Assembly (NCBI GenBank): GCA_964647565.1
Contig: CAZYIM010000044.1
Location: 1 to 17,922 of the forward strand
Reading direction: 5' to 3'
Length of the DNA: 17,922 nucleotides
Source of the DNA: an uncultured Methanosarcinales archaeon
GTDB lineage: Archaea; Nanobdellota; Nanobdellia; Woesearchaeales; CAZYIM01
Each line of letters starts with the position of its first letter. Position 1 is the first letter of the stretch. Below are positions 8,900 to 15,499 of this stretch, piece by piece. Made by a program: the position numbers and the translations under genes. Under the pieces are notes generated by a model, which was given only the letters and a program-made list of their open reading frames with translations, was not told the origin of the DNA and made no database searches.

Positions 8900-9415
8900 A
8901 TGGCTAAAAAAGGACAAGCAGCATTAGAATTTCTAACTACATATGGCTGGGCATTCCTTATCATCCTGGTTATGATTGGAGCGCTGGTCTACTTCGGAGT
9001 GTTGAGACCGCAGCAATATCTTCCAGACAGGTGTGTAACAACCACAGGCTTTACCTGCTACAAGGACGCAATGTTAATCCAGAGTAATAACGCAGAGACA
9101 TTGAAAGCAAAGCTTACCAACCAGTTCGGTGAGAACATTATTGTGACACAAGCGCAAATCTCATCCGATCGAAACTTGACCACAGCAGCAGGAGCTATTG
9201 AGATCAATGGCAGTGCTATTGATGGTGCAAGCACATTCACTTTCCCAACAGGAGAGACATATGAGTTGATTGTAGATACACAACAGGGCGTAAGTACTTT
9301 AGTGGCAGGAGATAAGGCCAAGATAACCATTAAAGGAAAATACTACACAACTGTTGCTGGAGCTGGATTCCAAAAAGACTTTGCATTGGAATTCTATGGA
9401 ACAGTACAACCATAA
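8900..9415 (+). CDS. Archaeal type IV pilin (probable major pilin), class III signal peptide
   Basis: MAKKG|QAALEFLTTYGWAFLIILVMIGALVYFGVL: KG/Q-x-x-x-E cleavage motif plus hydrophobic helix. Cys pair followed by a beta-rich domain. Has its own promoter, SD and T-rich terminator. Confidence 0.9.
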   Translation: MAKKGQAALEFLTTYGWAFLIILVMIGALVYFGVLRPQQYLPDRCVTTTGFTCYKDAMLIQSNNAETLKAKLTNQFGENIIVTQAQISSDRNLTTAAGAIEINGSAIDGASTFTFPTGETYELIVDTQQGVSTLVAGDKAKITIKGKYYTTVAGAGFQKDFALEFYGTVQP

Positions 9416-9417
9416 AG

Positions 9418-9446
9418 TTTTTTTATTTTATTTTTTTCTTCTTTTT
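9418..9446 (+). terminator. T-rich archaeal terminator of the pilin gene
   Basis: Nearly uninterrupted oligo-T tracts start 2 nt after the stop codon. Confidence 0.65.
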
Positions 9447-9528
9447 GATTATATATAATAGCGTGAGCAATACTGACGCTGAGAATGCATGATAAAAACA
9501 TAAGCAGTGCTATGGCTGAACTTTAAAG

Positions 9529-9664
9529 GCAGCAACATCGGCGCAAATGCCAGGTCTCCTGGCAAGGTTTTCGGTAGAAAACCGGTTCCATAGAAATCTT
9601 TTAGATTTCTAGGGTGCCAGAAAAACTAAGTTTTTCTAAGCATGCCTGCCGGTGATGTTGCTGC
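9529..9664. other. Non-coding multibranch palindromic element: 11-bp closing stem enclosing four hairpins (structured RNA or ssDNA/MITE-like element)
   Basis: GCAGCAACATC (9529-9539) pairs with GATGTTGCTGC (9654-9664). Inner hairpins: TGCCAGG-tct-CCTGGCA (9548-9564), GGTTTTC-ggta-GAAAACC (9566-9583), TAGAAATCT-ttt-AGATTTCTA (9591-9611), AGAAAAAC-taa-GTTTTTCT (9619-9637). Confidence 0.8.
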
Positions 9665-9712
9665 GGCCGTAATAATTATTTCTTTCTTAACGCCTCTCCA
9701 CAAACCAAAAAC

Positions 9713-9734
9713 TCTGTCATTAAAAAAATTCCTT
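9713..9734 (+). repeat. Copy 2 of the 22-23 bp dispersed direct repeat
   Basis: TCTGTCATTAAAAAAATTCCTT, matching 8774-8796. Confidence 0.8.
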
Positions 9735-9735
9735 G

Positions 9736-9786
9736 AGATTTTGATTTTCACTCATTTCATTCGCAAAAATCGAAATCTATTTAAAT
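9736..9786 (+). promoter_or_regulatory. psmB promoter: 13-bp imperfect inverted repeat overlapping the BRE, followed by a TATA box
   Basis: AGATTTTGATTTT (9736-9748), 17 nt, AAAATCGAAATCT (9766-9778; 12/13 match), then ATTTAAAT. SD AGGTGA lies before the ATG at 9839. Confidence 0.6.
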
Positions 9787-9838
9787 GACCTCATACTTAC
9801 TACTCTTAATTTGTTCTGAATGATTTAGGTGAATCTTA

Positions 9839-10468
9839 ATGGAAAATGTGCTAAAAACCGGTACTACAACAGTAGGTATTGTTTGCAAAGACTGTGTTGT
9901 TTTGGCTGCTGATAAGCGGGCCACTGCAGGTCACTTTATTGCTAATAAAAAAGTGGCAAAAGTGCAGAAGGTAAACGACAGAATGGCCTTGACTATGGCT
10001 GGAACCGTATCAGATATCCAGCTATTGATCAAATATATACGGGCAGAGTTAAAACTCAAAGAGATCAAAACAGCAAGAACAACAACTGTTAAAGAGGCTG
10101 CAAACCTGTTAGCAGGAATGGTATATTCCAACATAAGAAAGATGAGCATGATTCCAGGTGTGAGTCATTTCATATTCGCAGGATACGACAAGAATGTGCA
10201 TCTCTATGATGTCTTTGCTGACGGTTCTATTAGCGAGATTGATGATTTTGTAAGCTCAGGCAGCGGAAGTGTAATGGCCTACGGCCTGCTTGAAACCAGT
10301 TATAAAAAGGATATGTCAGAAGAACAAGGGGTTGACCTTGCCATCAAATGTATCAATGCTGCTATCCAGCGAGATAGTGCAAGCGGCGGCGGTGTTGATG
10401 TTGTTGCCATTAACAAGGATGGTATTAAGGATGTTGCCCACAAACTCTTAACACAAAAACTAGAATAA
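9839..10468 (+). CDS. psmB: Proteasome subunit beta (archaeal 20S proteasome)
   Basis: Short propeptide then KTG|TTTVGIVCKDCVVLAADKRAT (Thr1 nucleophile). Also SGSGS and RDSASG motifs. Adjacent to aCPSF1, as is usual in archaea. Confidence 0.97.
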   Translation: MENVLKTGTTTVGIVCKDCVVLAADKRATAGHFIANKKVAKVQKVNDRMALTMAGTVSDIQLLIKYIRAELKLKEIKTARTTTVKEAANLLAGMVYSNIRKMSMIPGVSHFIFAGYDKNVHLYDVFADGSISEIDDFVSSGSGSVMAYGLLETSYKKDMSEEQGVDLAIKCINAAIQRDSASGGGVDVVAINKDGIKDVAHKLLTQKLE

Positions 10469-10519
10469 AAATTATTCTTAAAAAACAATTTAAATAAGAA
10501 GTATAATAGGTGAATTTTT

Positions 10520-12415
10520 TTGTCAGACATAATAAAGGAAATCTTAAAGGATTTACCAGAAGAAAACATAAGCGATGTAAATTTTGAAGGCGCAAATATT
10601 GTGCTTTATACTAAAAACAAGGAATTTTTCTTGGATGACGGCGGAATAATCAAAAGTATAGTCAACAAGATCAAGAAAAGGATTGAGCTAAGACCTGATC
10701 CCACAATCTGTGTTGAAATTGAAGAGTCTGAGACTGTTATTAAAAAGATAATGAAAGACGCGGAAGCCAATATCGACAACATGATATTTGATCCTCAGAG
10801 AGCCATAGTCATTATAGAGGTTGAAAAACCAGGATTGGCCATAGGCAAAAGAGGAGAAAATTTAATGGAGATTCGAAAACAGACCTTTTGGGTGCCTGTT
10901 GTAAGGCGAACCCCTCCAATCAGGAGTCAGCTAATCGAGAATGTACGAGGAGTACTATACCAAAATTCTGATTACAGGAGAAAATTCCTGGACAAGACCG
11001 GCCACAGGATATACAACGGCTGGCTAAGAGAGAAAAAAGAGGAATGGATAAGGTTATCCTGCCTTGGAGGCGCAAGACAGGTCGGAAGATCCTCATTCCT
11101 ATTGCAGACGCCAGAATCAAGAGTGCTCCTGGACTGTGGCATAGATGTTGCGAATGAAGCCAATGCATATGCATTTCTTGAAGCACCTGAATTTAGCATC
11201 AATGAACTGGATGCTGTCATAGTATCCCACTCTCATCTTGATCACACAGGACTGGTGCCCTATCTTTTCAAGTACGGCTACAGAGGCCCTGTATATTGTA
11301 CAGCGCCAACAAGAGATATAATGTCCTTGCTCCAGCTTGATGCTATTAAGATCCAAAGGAATAATGGAAAAGAGCCTATTTATTCAACAGATGATGTAAA
11401 GGAGATGGTAAAACATACCATAACCCTTGATTACGAAGAGGTTACAGATGTAACCCCTGATGTCAGAATCACGCTATACAATGCAGGGCATATCCTGGGC
11501 AGTGCCATGGTGCATCTGCATATTGGCAATGGCTTGCATAACTTTGTCTATACAGGAGACATGAAATACGCAAAGACAGGATTATTGTCGCCAGCAGCCA
11601 CCACCTTCCCGCGGCTTGAGACGCTTATGATCGAAAGCACATATGGAGGCAAAGATAATGTCCTACCTCCAATCAAGGAACAGGATCAGATACTGGCAGA
11701 TATAATCTCAACAACCATAAAGAGAAAAGGTAAAATCCTGATGCCTGTACTTGGATCAGGTAGAGCACAGGAAGTGATTGTTCTTATCGAAAGACTTATC
11801 AGGGAAGGAACCATGAAAAAGATGCCTATATATATTGACGGAATGGTCTGGGATATAACAGCCATACATACGGCATATCCAGAATTCCTTAATCCAACTA
11901 TCAGGCAGCAAATATTCCACAAGGATAACAATCCTTTCCTAGCAGACAATATCAAGAGGGTCGGAAGCTCAAAAGAGAGAAAGGAGTTAATAGAGGATAA
12001 AGGACCCTGTGTTATTCTGGCAACATCAGGAATGCTTGTCGGAGGTCCTTCTGTAGAGTACCTTAAGGAGCTTGGAGATAATCCTAAAAACTCACTGGTC
12101 TTCACCTGTTATCAAGGAGAAGGTAGCATGGGTAAAAGGATCCAACAAGGTACAAGAGAGCTCAATTTCCAGACGGGAGCCCAGAAAACAGAGGCTCTGG
12201 AACTTAAAATGGAAATACATAAGATCGAGATAACAGGCCACTCAGACAGAAGAGAATTGATGAATTTCCTACATAGATGCAGCCCTAGACCTAAAAAAGT
12301 GCTTGTTGTCCACGGAGAGAACAGTAGAGCCCTTGATTTGAGCAGGTCTATCCATAATGCCATAAGGGTCGAGACCATGGCTCCAAGAAATCTTGATGTG
12401 ATCAGACTCAAGTGA
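10520..12415 (+). CDS. fttA: Beta-CASP ribonuclease aCPSF1 / transcription termination factor FttA (KH domains + metallo-beta-lactamase + beta-CASP)
   Basis: N-terminal KH region (EKPGLAIGKRG), LGGARQVGRS, LLDCG, SHSHLDH (HxHxDH), AGHILGS, YTGD, ESTYG, GHSDR, VHGE, and C-terminal PRNLDVIRL. TTG start with a GGTGA SD. Confidence 0.96.
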   Translation: MSDIIKEILKDLPEENISDVNFEGANIVLYTKNKEFFLDDGGIIKSIVNKIKKRIELRPDPTICVEIEESETVIKKIMKDAEANIDNMIFDPQRAIVIIEVEKPGLAIGKRGENLMEIRKQTFWVPVVRRTPPIRSQLIENVRGVLYQNSDYRRKFLDKTGHRIYNGWLREKKEEWIRLSCLGGARQVGRSSFLLQTPESRVLLDCGIDVANEANAYAFLEAPEFSINELDAVIVSHSHLDHTGLVPYLFKYGYRGPVYCTAPTRDIMSLLQLDAIKIQRNNGKEPIYSTDDVKEMVKHTITLDYEEVTDVTPDVRITLYNAGHILGSAMVHLHIGNGLHNFVYTGDMKYAKTGLLSPAATTFPRLETLMIESTYGGKDNVLPPIKEQDQILADIISTTIKRKGKILMPVLGSGRAQEVIVLIERLIREGTMKKMPIYIDGMVWDITAIHTAYPEFLNPTIRQQIFHKDNNPFLADNIKRVGSSKERKELIEDKGPCVILATSGMLVGGPSVEYLKELGDNPKNSLVFTCYQGEGSMGKRIQQGTRELNFQTGAQKTEALELKMEIHKIEITGHSDRRELMNFLHRCSPRPKKVLVVHGENSRALDLSRSIHNAIRVETMAPRNLDVIRLK

Positions 12416-12446
12416 GATTTTAATTTAATTCTAAATGCTAATAATG

Positions 12447-12530
12447 AAATAAGCAGTCATGGCCAGATTAGCCGAAGGCGAATAGCGCTTTTACATAAAA
12501 CGCGTCTGTACCATGAATGACTGCTTATTT
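12447..12530. other. Non-coding multibranch palindromic element: 14-bp closing stem enclosing two small hairpins
   Basis: AAATAAGCAGTCAT (12447-12460) pairs perfectly with ATGACTGCTTATTT (12517-12530). Further GG/CC and CAGA/TCTG pairs. Inner hairpins GCC-gaa-GGC (12471-12479) and GCG(c)TTTT-acat-AAAACGC (12485-12503). Confidence 0.75.
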
Positions 12531-12557
12531 TAAGTAAGGGTCTTTAAATGTCCTCAA

Positions 12558-12573
12558 ACAAAAACTTTATAAA
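12558..12573 (+). promoter_or_regulatory. Putative BRE/TATA promoter (leaderless)
   Basis: ACAAAAAC followed by TTTATAAA (12566-12573), 23 nt upstream of the ATG at 12597. Confidence 0.55.
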
Positions 12574-12596
12574 CATATTTTCTCAGATTTGATAGT

Positions 12597-13127
12597 ATGC
12601 CTACAGTGACTGTTTTAGGCCATGATGAATCTGTTATCAAATGGCGAGGTAATTTTGATTATCCCAGGCTTTACACCATGGTTGTAAACCACATCAAAGG
12701 AGACAACTATTATTTCGAGGAAACCCGATATAAGGATAAGACTCAGAGCGCAGCAGGCAATGAAATCCAGGTTGAGATGAGAGGCTGGAAAAAGATCAAC
12801 GAATGGATCAAGTACTGGATCTATGTCAATTTCCATCTTTGGGACTCCTCTGAGGTTGAAGTGGAACAAAACGGTGTCAAAAAGAAGCTGTGGAGAGGCA
12901 GGATCCTGGTTTCACTCAAGGCAGATGTAGAGTACGACTGGATGAAGAAGTTTACAGGAACCAAATTCAATGAGTTCCTTGGAAAAGTTTATCTTTCATT
13001 GAACAAGAAGAGTCTTGAATCGGTGTATGGAGATGGACTATATTACGATGCTATGAAGCTCCACCAGAAAATCAAAGAGGTGCTTGGCTTGACTGCAGAG
13101 AGCACCACATATTACGCAAGGATGTAG
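12597..13127 (+). CDS. Conserved hypothetical protein, paralogue of the downstream gene
   Basis: Clean 176-aa ORF behind a TATA box. Aligns by eye with 13138-13644 (WRGNFDYPRLY/YEGLMDLKALY; VEVEQNGVKKKLWRGRI/VEIEKNGVKQTLQKGKV). Confidence 0.8.
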   Translation: MPTVTVLGHDESVIKWRGNFDYPRLYTMVVNHIKGDNYYFEETRYKDKTQSAAGNEIQVEMRGWKKINEWIKYWIYVNFHLWDSSEVEVEQNGVKKKLWRGRILVSLKADVEYDWMKKFTGTKFNEFLGKVYLSLNKKSLESVYGDGLYYDAMKLHQKIKEVLGLTAESTTYYARM

Positions 13128-13137
13128 AGTAAAAAAA

Positions 13138-13644
13138 ATGGCAGAAATTAGAACACTCGTAGATGCCCAGGAATTTAGTTATGAAGGCTTAATGGATCTC
13201 AAAGCTCTTTATAGGCTTATTGATGAATGGTGCGAAGAACATTCATATGATAAGGTTGAAACAGAAAACCAGGAAGTGATCCATGAAGATGGCCGGGACA
13301 TCATGATAACCTATAAGCCCTATAGAAAATACACAGAATATTGCAAATTCAGGATGAAGCTCGAGATTGACTGCTATAGGATTAAGGATGTTGAGATTGA
13401 GAAAAACGGTGTGAAACAGACCCTGCAAAAGGGCAAGGTCGTCTTTACTTGCTGGGATTACCTAATAACAGACTATGAGAACCTGTGGGAGACCAAAGCA
13501 TTCTATTTCTTCATGAGAACATTAGTCGACAAGTTTATCTACAAGTTGTATACCAGCAGGTTCGGTGCAGAAGCCAAAAAAGATTATTTTGAACTGGTAG
13601 ATGTTATCAAGTCATTCCTGAACATGACCAGATTCAAGCAGTGA
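13138..13644 (+). CDS. Conserved hypothetical protein, paralogue of the upstream gene
   Basis: 168-aa ORF 10 nt downstream of its paralogue, with the shared motifs listed there. Confidence 0.8.
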   Translation: MAEIRTLVDAQEFSYEGLMDLKALYRLIDEWCEEHSYDKVETENQEVIHEDGRDIMITYKPYRKYTEYCKFRMKLEIDCYRIKDVEIEKNGVKQTLQKGKVVFTCWDYLITDYENLWETKAFYFFMRTLVDKFIYKLYTSRFGAEAKKDYFELVDVIKSFLNMTRFKQ

Positions 13645-14580
13645 TTAGAGTTTAATTGGTTTATTTTTTATTAAATTCTCAAGAACAGCATCTCCCCTCT
13701 CATTTCTCAGAAGTTCTATTGCAGTGAAACCTGCATTATAGCAATTAAAGGAATAGGCGCTGGCAGGTGTATCTTTTGGAGGTTGAAAAGTACGGTTTTT
13801 TTCGTCGATATTCAACTTATTACAAAAATCAAAATAAGCTGAGGTTACTCTATTTAGAGCTGCAATCGAGCTATTCAATCTATAGCTATTCATCTTATCC
13901 TCAAGCCTATTGCAAACCTCAATAGCCAAGGATTCTGCAAGACCCTCGTTTTGCATAGTATAACTAGGTGTGAAAGCATCTTTGAATTTCTGAGAAATAT
14001 TAAAATATTGACCTTGTACTGCATGTACGACCTCATGAGCCAGACAATGGGTAAGAAAGTTTTTTTCAACTGGTCGAACAAATACTCGTTTGTTTAGAAA
14101 AGGCAACTTGTAAGCCCCTGCTGATTTCACAGCATAGCTGAGCTTTAAAAACCCCGCAACAGTTGCAAAGGAAGCCAATATTGCCTGGGTATCAACAATA
14201 TCCTTCAAAGGATGCTTCATTGCTATTTGATATACAGTTCCTAATCCTACAAGGAAAGGAAGATACTTATACCATTCTTTTAAGAAATTACCAAAATTAC
14301 TAGATAATTTTGAGGTCCAAAAAGAAATCTTAGGTTTCTTGGCTTCATCAGGAGATACAATCTCTTGAAGTGTTGGGTATATTAAGTCATCCAAGATACT
14401 GTTAACATCTTTTTTTGTTGCAATAACAGGATTCAACTGCACATATTTTTCCGTTTCAGCATCAGATTCAGGAGCATTACAGGACTCTATTCTCTTAGAA
14501 AAGTTCACGACAAGTTGCTCAATGCCCTTAAGATTAGATTCCTGGTAAAAATAGTTACAAAACTCTTTATTGGATAACAT
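13645..14580 (-). CDS. Putative membrane-associated zinc metalloprotease (gluzincin-type HExxH...NEGxA)
   Basis: LAHEVVHAVQ followed about 25 aa later by QNEGLAES. Hydrophobic hairpin YLPFLVGLGTVYQIA...AILASFATVAGFL upstream of the active site. Confidence 0.75.
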   Translation of the reverse strand: MLSNKEFCNYFYQESNLKGIEQLVVNFSKRIESCNAPESDAETEKYVQLNPVIATKKDVNSILDDLIYPTLQEIVSPDEAKKPKISFWTSKLSSNFGNFLKEWYKYLPFLVGLGTVYQIAMKHPLKDIVDTQAILASFATVAGFLKLSYAVKSAGAYKLPFLNKRVFVRPVEKNFLTHCLAHEVVHAVQGQYFNISQKFKDAFTPSYTMQNEGLAESLAIEVCNRLEDKMNSYRLNSSIAALNRVTSAYFDFCNKLNIDEKNRTFQPPKDTPASAYSFNCYNAGFTAIELLRNERGDAVLENLIKNKPIKL

Positions 14581-14648
14581 TATATAACAAACAACCCCCT
14601 ATAAGTCAGTTAAGGAGAGGAAGGAAGAATAGATATATTAATCTTTCC

Positions 14649-14741
14649 TTACTCAAACCTGGACCTGATAAAGCATTCTACAGCCTTATCTCCTAATACT
14701 ACATCCATTTTTTCTTCATCCTTAAACATTATGTATTCCAT
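14649..14741 (-). CDS. Small unannotated ORF, 30 aa (MEYIMFKDEEKMDVVLGDKAVECFIRSRFE)
   Basis: Translated by hand. Strong SD GGGGAGGCG lies 3 nt before the ATG. Below the ORF-track size cut-off. Confidence 0.5.
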   Translation of the reverse strand: MEYIMFKDEEKMDVVLGDKAVECFIRSRFE

Positions 14742-14757
14742 TTTCGCCTCCCCTATT

Positions 14758-14790
14758 AAAAAAAAGGGAGACAGCTAACCCTGCCTCCCT
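14758..14790 (-). terminator. GC-rich hairpin plus U-tract (intrinsic-terminator-like)
   Basis: Minus strand reads AGGGAGGCAG-ggttag-CTGTCTCCCT followed by a T run (8 T in total). 10-bp stem with one G-U pair that works only on the minus strand. Confidence 0.7.
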
Positions 14791-14808
14791 CACAATGCAA
14801 CAACCATC

Positions 14809-14982
14809 TTATCCTACATCCATTTCTGAATAACCTCTAAGGAAGCCTGCCTCTCCTGCAGACATCTCGTCACTGTCGACATACTCGTCGTAATCCTTGT
14901 AAGGGCTTTTTTCTGTTTCATCAAAAGGCAGATCCTCTTCGATTCTAGGATACTTAGTCTCCACCTCTAGTTTTCTAATCAT
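14809..14982 (-). CDS. Small acidic protein, 57 aa (MIRKLEVETKYPRIEEDLPFDETEKSPYKDYDEYVDSDEMSAGEAGFLRGYSEMDVG)
   Basis: Translated by hand. SD GGAGGTGG lies 6 nt upstream of the ATG, with an upstream BRE/TATA-like GACAAAAAC-TTTCAAATA and a downstream hairpin terminator. Confidence 0.7.
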   Translation of the reverse strand: MIRKLEVETKYPRIEEDLPFDETEKSPYKDYDEYVDSDEMSAGEAGFLRGYSEMDVG

Positions 14983-15102
14983 ACCATACCACCTCCGGTT
15001 ATGTTATTTCATATTAGGTAAATTGAGTATTTGAAAGTTTTTGTCAAAATTTTAGTTTTCAACGTAAAAATAAATTAAAAAATACTTGAAAAAAAGAAAA
15101 AA

Positions 15103-15372
15103 TTAATGATATCTCCTATCCATACTCAACTTGTATGCCGGCACACGGATCATTTTTTTCTGATGGCTTGCAGCAATTTTCTGCCTAAGCAGATAAGAAC
15201 CATGCGCAACCGAATAACAAAGAAAAGTACCAATGATTTCCTCAAGACCAACCTTACCAGTTGCCAACAACCTTGCGCCCAGGGTCATCAGGCCAGCAAT
15301 CGAACCCATGAATCCCAATGCAATGCCGAGTTCTGCAGCGTTATAGATCCTATCTTTGGTCTTGTACGTCAT
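15103..15372 (-). CDS. Small membrane protein (two predicted TM helices)
   Basis: SD GAGGAGGT upstream. Hydrophobic segments LGIALGFMGSIAGLMTLGARLLA and IIGTFLCYSVAHGSYLL. T-rich tract after the stop on the minus strand. Confidence 0.7.
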   Translation of the reverse strand: MTYKTKDRIYNAAELGIALGFMGSIAGLMTLGARLLATGKVGLEEIIGTFLCYSVAHGSYLLRQKIAASHQKKMIRVPAYKLSMDRRYH

Positions 15373-15425
15373 TTTATGACCTCCTCATTGTTGTTTATAC
15401 CCTATGCTTAGAAGAGCTGACACGC

Positions 15426-15476
15426 TATAATAAACTTTGTCCACATTTTTAAGCCTTTACCGAAAAATATTTAAAA
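15426..15476. promoter_or_regulatory. Back-to-back divergent BRE/TATA promoters
   Basis: Minus strand: GGACAAAG-TTTATTATA (15442-15426). Plus strand: CCGAAAAA-TATTTAAAA (15460-15476), 23 nt before the ATG at 15500. Confidence 0.6.
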
Positions 15477-15499
15477 TTAACCAGATGAATCGTTATAAA

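Noticed and set aside
9460..9480. Small hairpin AGCGTGAG-caata-CTGACGCT
   Set aside because: Only 7 of 8 pairs with a G-G mismatch. Too weak to call alone, although it could belong to a larger transcript that includes the 9529 element.
9529..9664. tRNA, SRP RNA or RNase P RNA identity for the cloverleaf-like element
   Set aside because: No T-loop GTTCRA, D-loop or 7-nt anticodon loop; no SRP helix-8 motif; no RNase P GAGGAAAGTCC. Loops are only 3-4 nt.
338..12411. Numerous 60-140 aa alternative-frame and antisense ORFs in the ORF track
   Set aside because: They lie within or antisense to well-supported genes, or span promoter regions (e.g. 8782-8964), and show no SD or recognisable motifs.
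12413..12520. TGA read-through (selenocysteine/recoding) of aCPSF1, since the frame stays open for 34 codons into a hairpin
   Set aside because: The protein already ends at the family's conserved C-terminus (PRNLDVIRLK), the extension looks non-protein-like, and other genes here use TGA as a normal stop.
15106..15411. 101-aa plus-strand ORF
   Set aside because: It is the antisense shadow of 15103-15372 (-), which has an SD, a promoter and TM helices.
15437..15499. TTG start for the Lrp gene as given in the ORF track
   Set aside because: This stretch contains the divergent BRE/TATA elements. ATG 15500 sits at canonical leaderless spacing from the TATA box.
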